From a virus: DNA of 64,000 bases. Position 1 is the stretch's first letter. The number at the start of each line of letters is the position of its first letter. Positions 34,202-42,626 of the stretch are shown one piece after another. Under the pieces are notes generated by a model. The model saw nothing but the letters and a program-made list of their open reading frames with translations, was not told where the DNA came from and did no database searches. The DNA is taken from positions 1 to 64,000 of IMG/VR virus record IMGVR_UViG_3300035688_000002; one strand, written 5' to 3'. Both the position numbers and the translations under genes were made by a program.

Positions 34202-34900
34202 TTACTTATCCTCCTCAGAATCGTCCTCTCCTCCGTCACCTCCCGGGACAGTATCGAGTGACTTTCTTCTGAGAAGCTCCATTAGCTTATCCACTTTCTC
34301 TTCAGCAGCCTCTGGCATTGTGCTTCTCTCTTCAGGCACCTCGGGCTGTTGCTCAAGTATCTTTGAGATTTCAATGTCTAACTCTACCATCTCCCTCAGT
34401 TCCTTGAAGTTCCTTATCTCAATCCGCTCTCTTGCCATCAGCGCGTCTATGCGAGGCTGATCTCCGTGAAGCACGGCTTGCCGAAGCTCTGAAGAGACTT
34501 TGACTTTATCACTGAAGACGATGATAGCCTGCCTTGCTACTCCCTGATAGCCACGGAGAACACGACTGATACTGCCGAGTCGCTCTCTAATCTCAGCTTC
34601 TCGCTTGTGACGCTCTTCGATTTCCTTGCGTTTGACCCACTCACTCCAATTCTCTTTTCTTGCCCAGCGTTTGAATTTTGTGTAGAAAGATTCAAATTTT
34701 GAAGTAAATCTGGGATCGTTTGGGGGACAGTCAGGAGATGTCTGTTGGAATCTGTAATAGGCTGCCGATTTTAATGTTCTGCTCTCACCTAGGAAATAGT
34801 AGGTCTCAAAGGACTCAACGTGATTGGGATACCCCGAGATATCATCTGTAAGTGTAGCTTTTTCTTGCTGCTCGTCTCTGTCTTTTACCTCTTCAGGCAT
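34202..34900 (-). CDS. putative terminase small subunit
   Basis: F..Y..LG..R.L.....KRW.....W HTH-like N-terminus, helical middle, acidic tail; upstream of TerL. Confidence 0.55.
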   Translation of the reverse strand: MPEEVKDRDEQQEKATLTDDISGYPNHVESFETYYFLGESRTLKSAAYYRFQQTSPDCPPNDPRFTSKFESFYTKFKRWARKENWSEWVKRKEIEERHKREAEIRERLGSISRVLRGYQGVARQAIIVFSDKVKVSSELRQAVLHGDQPRIDALMARERIEIRNFKELREMVELDIEISKILEQQPEVPEERSTMPEAAEEKVDKLMELLRRKSLDTVPGGDGGEDDSEEDK

Positions 34901-35073
34901 TTAACACCTTCAGTTTCCTTATCACAGATTTTTAATTGCTTGTCAAGCCCTTTCGCAAAAACAGAGAACAACTAGGAACATTTTGACACATAAAAGGAAT
35001 CCCGAGCAATAGTCTTAGGCTCTGCTGGGGACAATCTCTTGGTCAGATAGAATGTTTAAGAGCAAGCGGAAAA

Positions 35074-35424
35074 TCACTTTTTCTTTGGAGGTTCACCCTC
35101 GCTGCTTCCCACTCCAAGAGCTGTTTTTGGATAGGAATCTGGAATAGACATTCTCCTATTGGTCTCCATGATTTCTGCTATGGTTTTAGAGTTTTCGTCT
35201 GAAAGGCGCATAATTTCATTCAGATGCATCTGTATCGAATCGATAGTCACAATCAATCCCTGCAACTTGGCGTTTGTCTCTCTCGACACTGCAATTTCAT
35301 AGTTGATTCTGATATTGGCAACTGTGAGACAAACAATGAAAATGAGAATAAGAACAGCCACATTGAGTAGGAGTATCTTCTGGGAGAAAGATCGGTTGTT
35401 GAAAAAGGTTTGTAACCTCTTCAT
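35074..35424 (-). CDS. membrane protein with coiled coil
   Basis: TM helix; GGAGGTG RBS before ATG 35424. Confidence 0.6.
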   Translation of the reverse strand: MKRLQTFFNNRSFSQKILLLNVAVLILIFIVCLTVANIRINYEIAVSRETNAKLQGLIVTIDSIQMHLNEIMRLSDENSKTIAEIMETNRRMSIPDSYPKTALGVGSSEGEPPKKK

Positions 35425-35687
35425 TTCACCTCCTCTTCGGACGCCTCCTTTTCTATCGCTATCACGGCTGCCATATCCAACCAAAACTCAAAGTTTTTTA
35501 CAAAATCATCGATAAGCTGTATTTGGGTTTCGTTCTTGAAGGCTTCTCGCTCTAATTCCACTCTCTTCCAGGCTGGGACTGAGCCAGTTCCTAGCTCGCT
35601 CTTTACAATGATAAAGTTTGTCAAAGCCTCGGTTTTCTGCTTAAAGAGCCACCTGGCGACTTCCTGTCTTGAAAACTCTCTCATCAA
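35421..35687 (-). CDS. hypothetical protein
   Basis: ATGA overlaps on both sides. Confidence 0.6.
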   Translation of the reverse strand: MMREFSRQEVARWLFKQKTEALTNFIIVKSELGTGSVPAWKRVELEREAFKNETQIQLIDDFVKNFEFWLDMAAVIAIEKEASEEEVK

Positions 35688-36046
35688 ACCCTCATGTTAA
35701 GAGTCGGAACTCTGCGTCGTCTCTGGAAGACAGAGATAGCAGTCAATAAATTAGCGATAAAAGCGTCCGATTGTGAATTTAAAAGCCACAACCCTGCCTC
35801 AAGCATCACATTTTTATTTACACAAGTCAAGATACCGGTACTCTTTGCCTTGGCGGCAATGAGATTCCTAAGGATTGGCAGGCGAGAAATGCGTCTCGTC
35901 CTGAATCCCACTTTTGACAGTCTCTTATACTCTACAGAGCGAGCGCTCCCTTTTTGTCGCGCCATTCTCTTGATTGAGCCTCCTGCTTGAACAAGCTGAC
36001 CGGCAACCACAGTCTGTTTCGAGGTGAGCCCCTTAAAAATATCCAT
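35684..36046 (-). CDS. basic hypothetical protein, possibly HTH-like
   Basis: Strong AGGAGG RBS; LT.KQ..VA..L..G.S.K.MA pattern. Confidence 0.6.
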   Translation of the reverse strand: MDIFKGLTSKQTVVAGQLVQAGGSIKRMARQKGSARSVEYKRLSKVGFRTRRISRLPILRNLIAAKAKSTGILTCVNKNVMLEAGLWLLNSQSDAFIANLLTAISVFQRRRRVPTLNMRV

Positions 36047-36096
36047 GGTTCCTCCTTATCAAAGGCGATAAATTCTATCAAAAATTGAAATCGACT

Positions 36097-37377
36097 TCAT
36101 GTCTGTTTCCCTCCCCTCGGAGAATAACAAGAGGGAGTCTTACCATTTGATAGCTTTCTTATGAATTTCTCATTCCTCGGAATGTTCTTTTTGCATTTCG
36201 TATTCGATAAGTCATAGGCACAATAATCACAAATGAGCTCCTCTTCGGGAGGGAGATCAGGATTCCCAAAGATTTCTGCCGATTCATCTATAGGAGCGCC
36301 TTCTATCACACCAATCTCCGCTCCTAAGTAGTCCGCAGCCTGTGGCCATAAATCTTTCTGTGGCTCAGTGCTGGAAATTATTGTGTAGCTGGGTGTTCGG
36401 ACTCCAACTTTTTCATTGAATTCAGCCTCCATACGGGCTTTATCTTCGGCAGGAAGATAGTCTTCGATAGTGATTGGAAGATCACTCCAAGTGACAATTT
36501 CAGGGATCATGAGAATTGAGTCTAAATCAGCATTTCGATGTTTCAACTCAGAAATCCTCTTCTGGGCGCTTTTCACACTGACGTCCAGCCTGGCTTTCAG
36601 GGCTCCATTCGTTGTAAGAACCACAGAGACAAGCCATCCTGCAGTCCCAGTCAAATCATGGATAGTGCCAGCATCTATTCCACTCCAAAACACTCCCATT
36701 TGAACATGAGAATGGCACCAGCCGTGTAAATTCTCAGGGTGAGGATGATGAACGAGAAAATCAGCTAAGGCTTGAAGGTCGAAATCTGCCGAAGCTGGCG
36801 AAACTCTCTGTTTGAGCAGATAGAGCTTCGTAAATCGAAAAACATTGTCAACTTTCTCTACTTCTGCCACAAACTGGATTTCATTCGGGGCTGAGAGCCT
36901 TGAGTAATAGAGTAGCTCTTCGAATATCCTTCGCCCTATGAAAACCTTCCACTTTATTTCTGGGGGAGCTGGTTTTCTAGTCTTATCCTCTGCCTTAGCG
37001 GCTAACTCTCCACCTCTGACGACTTCATGCTTCATACAGGCCGGTGTGTCAGGACTGATAAACTTGCCTGTTGACTTATGAAACATGGGAGATAAGGGAT
37101 TGATGCATTTTACACAATTCTCTGTAGCACTCAAACAGCCATAGCAAGTCAGTCGTCCCTCCCTCTCCTCTACAGAGACTTGAGTCTGAGACGCTCTTTT
37201 GGCGATTACCGAGCCTTTTCTCGCTTCGCAAGCAGGATTCCCTTCCATTCTCATAAATCTGTAATTCTTGCTTAGTCTGTAGTTACAGATGCTGAAATTG
37301 TGTCCTCCCCTGAGCTCTTTGACGAGATCATGACAGTCCCCGCAAACCCAAATCTTCTCGGTTTCTTGCTTTTTCAT
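36097..37377 (-). CDS. JAB/MPN+ metalloprotease (DUB-like) with Cys-rich terminal domains
   Basis: NEI ... GWCHSH.M.VFWS..D = E...HxH-x7-S-x2-D; CxxC clusters at both ends. Confidence 0.88.
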   Translation of the reverse strand: MKKQETEKIWVCGDCHDLVKELRGGHNFSICNYRLSKNYRFMRMEGNPACEARKGSVIAKRASQTQVSVEEREGRLTCYGCLSATENCVKCINPLSPMFHKSTGKFISPDTPACMKHEVVRGGELAAKAEDKTRKPAPPEIKWKVFIGRRIFEELLYYSRLSAPNEIQFVAEVEKVDNVFRFTKLYLLKQRVSPASADFDLQALADFLVHHPHPENLHGWCHSHVQMGVFWSGIDAGTIHDLTGTAGWLVSVVLTTNGALKARLDVSVKSAQKRISELKHRNADLDSILMIPEIVTWSDLPITIEDYLPAEDKARMEAEFNEKVGVRTPSYTIISSTEPQKDLWPQAADYLGAEIGVIEGAPIDESAEIFGNPDLPPEEELICDYCAYDLSNTKCKKNIPRNEKFIRKLSNGKTPSCYSPRGGKQT

Positions 37378-38099
37378 TTTCCCTCCTTACCCTTACCGAC
37401 CCTCAATTTCATTATCGATAAATCTGCCATAGAAACAGCAAGGTCATATACAAATTTCCCATCTTTGAGAAAGCCTCTCACTTGGCGTGCAATGACTGCG
37501 GCTATGGCAAAACCCACATCGATTATAGCTCTCCCAGTACATGGAAGCTTGGCGCTGTCCTTGTCTTCAAAGAGATTTGTTTCATACCACTGATGCTGAA
37601 AGATGTCTTGAATGGGACGGATTGTCAAGATTCTGAACTCTTGGCCTCCCATACGGCCATCAATGAGCAATTCAATCTTCGGATTTGGTTTCACTGCTTC
37701 CCAAACCTGCTGTCTAACTTTCATTGTGTCAACGGCTGTTATCACTATTCCACTCAGTGGATCTGTTGGCTCCCACATTTTCTCTTTCGGCTTTATTGTG
37801 ATGCCTGTAAGTTGCCGAGCAAGAGACGCTAAGGCTTTCACTTTCGATATTCCCACTGCCTTTACAAGATGGAGTTGATTCGGCACATTGTGAACTTCCA
37901 CATTGTCTCCGTCCCAGACAGTTATCTTTGAAAGCCCCAGTTTTGCGAGAGCCACTGTCGTAAAGGAGCCTATTCCACCAGCTCCAATAACATGGACTTC
38001 GCACCGATCATGTTGGTCTGGGTCAAAAAAGTCCAACTGCCTCAAATAAGTGCTTTCCTTGCCTTCATTGTTTTTTGTCTCTTCTCTTGTTTCACTCAT
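37374..38099 (-). CDS. ThiF/MoeB-family E1-like activating enzyme
   Basis: Y.RQ, VIGAGGIGS, D.D.VE.HN...Q, K, AVD....R, DGRM, PCT (candidate catalytic Cys). Confidence 0.92.
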   Translation of the reverse strand: MSETREETKNNEGKESTYLRQLDFFDPDQHDRCEVHVIGAGGIGSFTTVALAKLGLSKITVWDGDNVEVHNVPNQLHLVKAVGISKVKALASLARQLTGITIKPKEKMWEPTDPLSGIVITAVDTMKVRQQVWEAVKPNPKIELLIDGRMGGQEFRILTIRPIQDIFQHQWYETNLFEDKDSAKLPCTGRAIIDVGFAIAAVIARQVRGFLKDGKFVYDLAVSMADLSIMKLRVGKGKEGK

Positions 38100-38311
38100 T
38101 TCTCTCCCTTTAACATCCGATTTATAATTTCTAAGCGACTCGCACCAAATTTTTCATACATCTCAAACTGAGCTATTATGTTTCTTAGTTCCTCTATCTG
38201 CTTGAGTATGCGCTCTCTATCTCTTTCAAATGCAACCTTTAGAGTTTTTAGAGTGGGTAGGTCAAACGAGCGATAAACTTCCTCCAGCCCCTTGTCTTTC
38301 TGATTAGCCAT
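38096..38311 (-). CDS. small coiled-coil protein inside the Ubl cassette
   Basis: Overlaps both neighbours; heptad pattern. Confidence 0.65.
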   Translation of the reverse strand: MANQKDKGLEEVYRSFDLPTLKTLKVAFERDRERILKQIEELRNIIAQFEMYEKFGASRLEIINRMLKGEK

Positions 38312-39749
38312 TGTTTCTCTCCCTCGGAGCCCTCTCGCCCTTAGGGTGGACGTAAGTTGTCATGCTCCGATGCACATTGCGAAACAGGGACTCTATCTCA
38401 GTGAATTTATCATGAGGATTGTATGAACAAATAAAATTCCAGATAAGATGGGCTAAAAGCGCCCAATTCCATTCGACAAAGAGCTTCTCAATTCCAGGTC
38501 TAAGAGTCCCCCAACAAATAGTCTGTCCATCTCTGCCACTCACATGGGGATGCTGTCTCTCTGAGCCTAGCCCAAAATCAAGATTGATGATTTTAACTTG
38601 CCCTCTCTCCACTCCTATATTGAGCCAAACCCTGTATTTCCCTAGGTTCCAGAGCTTTCTGTCATAATCTACAACTGCGTCAACAGTGTCATAAACGAGC
38701 CAAGAATCAGTCATCGTCAGTGCTGTGATGAAGGGAAATCCTCGGATTGTGTCTATTTGTTCCTGGAGTTGCTGACCCAGTTTGTTACGTCTTTCAGCAA
38801 CAGAAACATCGAGCAGCTTGGATGTCGCTACGAGCTTCGCTTCAACCTCTATGAGGGAGTTTATGTATTCATCAAGACGATCAGCTATGGTTTCCTTGGG
38901 CGGAGCAAAAAATGCATTTATTTTCTCTTCAAAGACTGTATTAAACTGTGCTGGGTCTCCACCAAATAATCTTGCATAGACACGAAAGAGACGAAACCTC
39001 GATTTCCTGCTCTGATCAGTTTCAAACTCTGCTTTTAACTCAGGAAGCCTTTTTAAGAGCAATTTCTCTACCTGATACACTCCGGCTGCCTTTCTTATCG
39101 CCTCCGTCAAGTCTCTATGACGGACGCTCAATTCATTGAGTGTATTTTGAACCTGTAAGTTTATCTGGCCCGTTCTTGTCATAAGTAGCGTGAGCATTTT
39201 ATCCGTAATTTCATCTCGAATCTGTATCTGTTGCAACTTCTGTCTGACTTCTGCCTCAGTCTTTTTAGCTGCCACCGTCCCTCTTGAGCCCATCCTTTTC
39301 ATTGTCTCCGTCTCAATCATTATCTCTCCCTGGTCACTGATTCCTATGTCACCTCCAGCAGAGGCAGACGGACGGCGGGACACCCTGCCTCTGATTCTGT
39401 TTAAAGCAACTCTCATTTCACTTCGAGTTCTCGCATTGTGTGCCTCATCAGGGACTGCAACTCTGTCTCTCCAAGGGGCAGGCACGGAATCAATCAAGGG
39501 AGGCCCTGGAACCTGCTCATCTGGCAATTCAGGGGATACTTCTTCGCCTCTCCTACGCACAATCCCGCTGACACCTGCTATCCTGGCCTGGTTTAAGAAT
39601 CTCTCTTCGTCTTCGCGAGCAACAAAAATTGCATCTGCCTCTTGGGCTGGTGCGACAAGGAGGTTCCCATAGTGCATGATGCTCCTTAGGAACTGATCGC
39701 GGGTGCCTTCGATTATCTCGTAGATGACCCAACCAGGGCGTGCAGACAT
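38304..39749 (-). CDS. coiled-coil protein with C-terminal prokaryotic E2-like domain
   Basis: HPHV......ICWG followed by amphipathic helices and YN; matches the E2 HPN/H-x-C signature; position between Ubl and E1. Confidence 0.75.
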   Translation of the reverse strand: MSARPGWVIYEIIEGTRDQFLRSIMHYGNLLVAPAQEADAIFVAREDEERFLNQARIAGVSGIVRRRGEEVSPELPDEQVPGPPLIDSVPAPWRDRVAVPDEAHNARTRSEMRVALNRIRGRVSRRPSASAGGDIGISDQGEIMIETETMKRMGSRGTVAAKKTEAEVRQKLQQIQIRDEITDKMLTLLMTRTGQINLQVQNTLNELSVRHRDLTEAIRKAAGVYQVEKLLLKRLPELKAEFETDQSRKSRFRLFRVYARLFGGDPAQFNTVFEEKINAFFAPPKETIADRLDEYINSLIEVEAKLVATSKLLDVSVAERRNKLGQQLQEQIDTIRGFPFITALTMTDSWLVYDTVDAVVDYDRKLWNLGKYRVWLNIGVERGQVKIINLDFGLGSERQHPHVSGRDGQTICWGTLRPGIEKLFVEWNWALLAHLIWNFICSYNPHDKFTEIESLFRNVHRSMTTYVHPKGERAPRERNNG

Positions 39750-39764
39750 TCTCTACCTCTCACC

Positions 39765-40094
39765 TTAGATACCGGCCGAGAAACGCTTGATGGCCACAAC
39801 AGCATCACCGTTGCGGACACGAGTAGCAAGATCGGCTGGCATAGAATTAACGAAATACTGATTCGTAGGGTCTCCTGAGACAGCGCCCCGCTCAATCAAT
39901 TGAGCAAGGGACTGTGTCTCTTCTGGACCCAGTTGAATCCAAGAAGGCGGACGCCCAAACTCCATGATTCTGACTCTGTCACCAGGAACCTGCCTGGCTT
40001 CCTCTTCTGTTTCGACCTCAGCGGGCGGACGGTCTCTGAATCTTTCAATTGCGCCACCCTCTCTCCGTCTCTCTCTTTCTTCTCTTTCATTCAT
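39765..40094 (-). CDS. ubiquitin-like (beta-grasp) protein with a charged N-terminal extension
   Basis: About 70-aa C-terminal domain with ..VN...A.L...V..GD.V.......AG pattern; ends FSAG-I; first gene of the E2/E1/JAB operon. Confidence 0.75.
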   Translation of the reverse strand: MNEREERERRREGGAIERFRDRPPAEVETEEEARQVPGDRVRIMEFGRPPSWIQLGPEETQSLAQLIERGAVSGDPTNQYFVNSMPADLATRVRNGDAVVAIKRFSAGI

Positions 40095-40145
40095 TTTCTT
40101 TTCTCCTCTCTGAAAGAAATATTATCACCGTCTGTTACATTTCCT

Positions 40146-40505
40146 CTAATTGGTTCTCCCCTTCCCTGAGTCCAGATTCTTCCAGGCTCTTGCATCTTTC
40201 GCCAGCATCGCCAGGAGTGAACCGGAATCGGTCTCGAAGTGTCTCTCTCCTATTTTCTTTACTGTCTCTGTTATGAGCGCTTCAAAATTTACGAAAGACA
40301 CAGAGAGGAAAATTTCTATCCCTGTCACCATTGCCTCAACGATATTCAAAATTTCCATCTCATTCGTAGGGAGAGGCTCAAAATCCAACTTAGATTTGAG
40401 ATTTGTCATAACCCGACGGTATAAGGCAAGCACATAGATGCCCCTCTCCAACGGGGTAAGGTCTTTTAACTCCATCAAGCTATTCTCCATCATCGACCCA
40501 GACAT
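40146..40505 (-). CDS. hypothetical protein
   Basis: Operon packing. Confidence 0.6.
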   Translation of the reverse strand: MSGSMMENSLMELKDLTPLERGIYVLALYRRVMTNLKSKLDFEPLPTNEMEILNIVEAMVTGIEIFLSVSFVNFEALITETVKKIGERHFETDSGSLLAMLAKDARAWKNLDSGKGRTN

Positions 40506-41058
40506 AGGGCTCAGTTCTATAAGCGTTCCAGATTTTTACGGCTTCTGATATCTCCATCTCTCGTCTCACTATAGTCGAAAAAGCCTTGAAATTCTCTGTA
40601 AGGAAGGCTGCCTGCAATGCGAGAAGTTTGGGATTTCTAATTAGACACCTGAGTGCCATCTCTCCTCCAAACAAAAAGGTCGACTTCCCCCATTTTACTA
40701 CGTTGTATAGCACAACTGGGCACCGTTCACAGCCTCCACCAAAAGTGTGGGTCAAATTACACCATGGATTCAAAGAGGGAATCACAAAAAGCTCCTTTAT
40801 CTGCCAGAGATGTGTGCGTGCAGCCCTGAGTGTGGCAATCCGATATGCACAGGCCCAGCGAATAAGATCGAGCCACACTGTCTTGGTTATCTCAAAATCT
40901 CGATCACAGGGCTTTAAAAACTGTTTCATAAGCATTTCTCTATAAGCCCTAATGAACGATGCCAAGGCAGGCTTGGAATCTACATCCGTGCAGAAAGCGT
41001 CGCTACTAACGAGAACATCGCTCATAGAAAGCTTCAGCTCTTTCTCTCTTTGTTCCAT
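40480..41058 (-). CDS. hypothetical protein with a C...CxxC motif
   Basis: 192-aa ORF. Confidence 0.6.
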   Translation of the reverse strand: MEQREKELKLSMSDVLVSSDAFCTDVDSKPALASFIRAYREMLMKQFLKPCDRDFEITKTVWLDLIRWACAYRIATLRAARTHLWQIKELFVIPSLNPWCNLTHTFGGGCERCPVVLYNVVKWGKSTFLFGGEMALRCLIRNPKLLALQAAFLTENFKAFSTIVRREMEISEAVKIWNAYRTEPYVWVDDGE

Positions 41059-41094
41059 GTTCTTCTCTCTCAGATATAAAGATTATCTAAGCCC

Positions 41095-41745
41095 TCATTT
41101 TTTCTTGGAGCGTTCGACTTTGATTCTGGGTGAAATGAACCTCATCCCTTCGTATTTCATTATCAGATTGGAAACATCAGACTCTATGTTCCTTCTTTCC
41201 TTCTGCCATGCAGAAATAGGGACAACAAGCACTAATTCCACATACTCTGCTCCTGTCTCTTGTGGCAGTCCCCCTTTCTTGTCAATTAAATCCTCAATAT
41301 CCACAGAGGCTACAGATTCCTGCTGCCATCTCTTAAGGTCTTCGATCTCTTCTGGATTGTATGCAATCACTATCGCCCCGCCTTCCTGTTCCATTTCCTC
41401 AATCCTTTTAATCAAGAGAGCGTAATCCCAAGAAGCGAATTCAGCGATGCGATTGTCAATAATGGCATAGGCAGAGTATTCGCGAGGCTCTATATCAAGA
41501 AGAATTGAGGGAATCTGCTTCTCTCCAAGCCTTTTATAGGCTTCAAGTCTGGCATATCCTGCTACTAAGGTAGAGTCACTCTTCGAGAGCAATACCGGCT
41601 GAGTGAAGCCATAGACTTTGATTGACTCCATCAGCTCCTGAATCTCCCTCTCTGGGTGTAATCTTGGATTCTCAAAGACTTTGATTGATTCAATATCAAT
41701 CAGCTCAACCTTTCTCCCGTGTTGTCTTACTCTCGTTTCATCCAC
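41095..41745 (-). CDS. ParB/Srx-like N-terminal domain protein
   Basis: NPR.H, SI..YGF..P.L, VAG.AR..A...LG, DNR..E.A.WD. Confidence 0.85.
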   Translation of the reverse strand: MDETRVRQHGRKVELIDIESIKVFENPRLHPEREIQELMESIKVYGFTQPVLLSKSDSTLVAGYARLEAYKRLGEKQIPSILLDIEPREYSAYAIIDNRIAEFASWDYALLIKRIEEMEQEGGAIVIAYNPEEIEDLKRWQQESVASVDIEDLIDKKGGLPQETGAEYVELVLVVPISAWQKERRNIESDVSNLIMKYEGMRFISPRIKVERSKKK

Positions 41746-41907
41746 TTTCCCTCCTCTCTCTTGGAATTTTTAACTTAGGCCAGAGCGTTATTTTCTTTGT
41801 ATTCGGGTCCCTTACGACCTTCTCAGCGTCTTCCATCATGTCATTAATAGAGTCATAATGACGACGCTCCTTCGTCCCATTATGTCTTTCAATATCCATT
41901 TCATTCT

Positions 41908-42129
41908 CTATCGAGATGGCGCTTCTGGCTGAGGCCCACCTGATTTGGCTTTGCTCAGTAGTGTGAGTCGCTGCTCATCAAACCAAACCCAATCCTTGGG
42001 TTTGTCATCTTTTAACTTTGTAGAAAGGACAGCAACAGACACACATCCATAGAGATACTCTGTCCTTCCCATCACGACGCCCGTGAAACCAGTAATTTTG
42101 TCTTTAACCTTTTGACCGAGTTTAATCAT
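41908..42129 (-). CDS. small conserved-looking phage protein
   Basis: MIKLG.KVKD.ITGF.G.V..R.EYL.GC...WFDE.RL; AGGAGG RBS before ATG 42129. Confidence 0.7.
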   Translation of the reverse strand: MIKLGQKVKDKITGFTGVVMGRTEYLYGCVSVAVLSTKLKDDKPKDWVWFDEQRLTLLSKAKSGGPQPEAPSR

Positions 42130-42274
42130 ACTTTCCTCCTTAAAATCAAGAAAGTAAATCTTTGCTAAGGGAGCACCGCGCTTTAAGTATTTAAACTTCA
42201 CCCTAAGCAATCCCTCAAACACCCTTGCCTCCCACCCTCCGCCTTAATGGCGGCTCTCTTCCGAAGCCCGAGTC

Positions 42275-42616
42275 TTATGTCGTTGGATTTGCGATTTTGA
42301 AGAAGCCGTTAGCAACTGCCCAGACAAGGATTGAATAAATGACAAATGGGATTGTTGACCAACCAGCAGAACTGAAATAGAGTGCTGTAGCAATGATCGA
42401 AACGAGCAGTGAGATAGCAATACCGAGCCATCCTGCTTTGTATCGGAGTGTCTTCTCTATCCAATTCTTTATGATTTGAGTCAATGCTGCCACGCTAAAA
42501 CCGCCAGCTCCAGTCACAAGGATTTTCTCAACAATCGCTGTGTTAATCTGTAGGGCAGCTCCAACAAACAGAGTGACTGCCACAATCGCAATTAACAACA
42601 AGACACTGTTTTTCAT
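42275..42616 (-). CDS. multi-pass membrane protein, holin-like
   Basis: 3-4 TM helices in about 113 aa; AGGAGG RBS before ATG 42616. Confidence 0.6.
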   Translation of the reverse strand: MKNSVLLLIAIVAVTLFVGAALQINTAIVEKILVTGAGGFSVAALTQIIKNWIEKTLRYKAGWLGIAISLLVSIIATALYFSSAGWSTIPFVIYSILVWAVANGFFKIANPTT

Positions 42617-42626
42617 ATTTGCCTCC

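Noticed and set aside
37374-40094. ThiF + ThiS/MoaD as auxiliary thiamine or molybdopterin metabolism
   Set aside because: No ThiG or MoaE partner is present; the E2-like and JAB neighbours fit conjugation better
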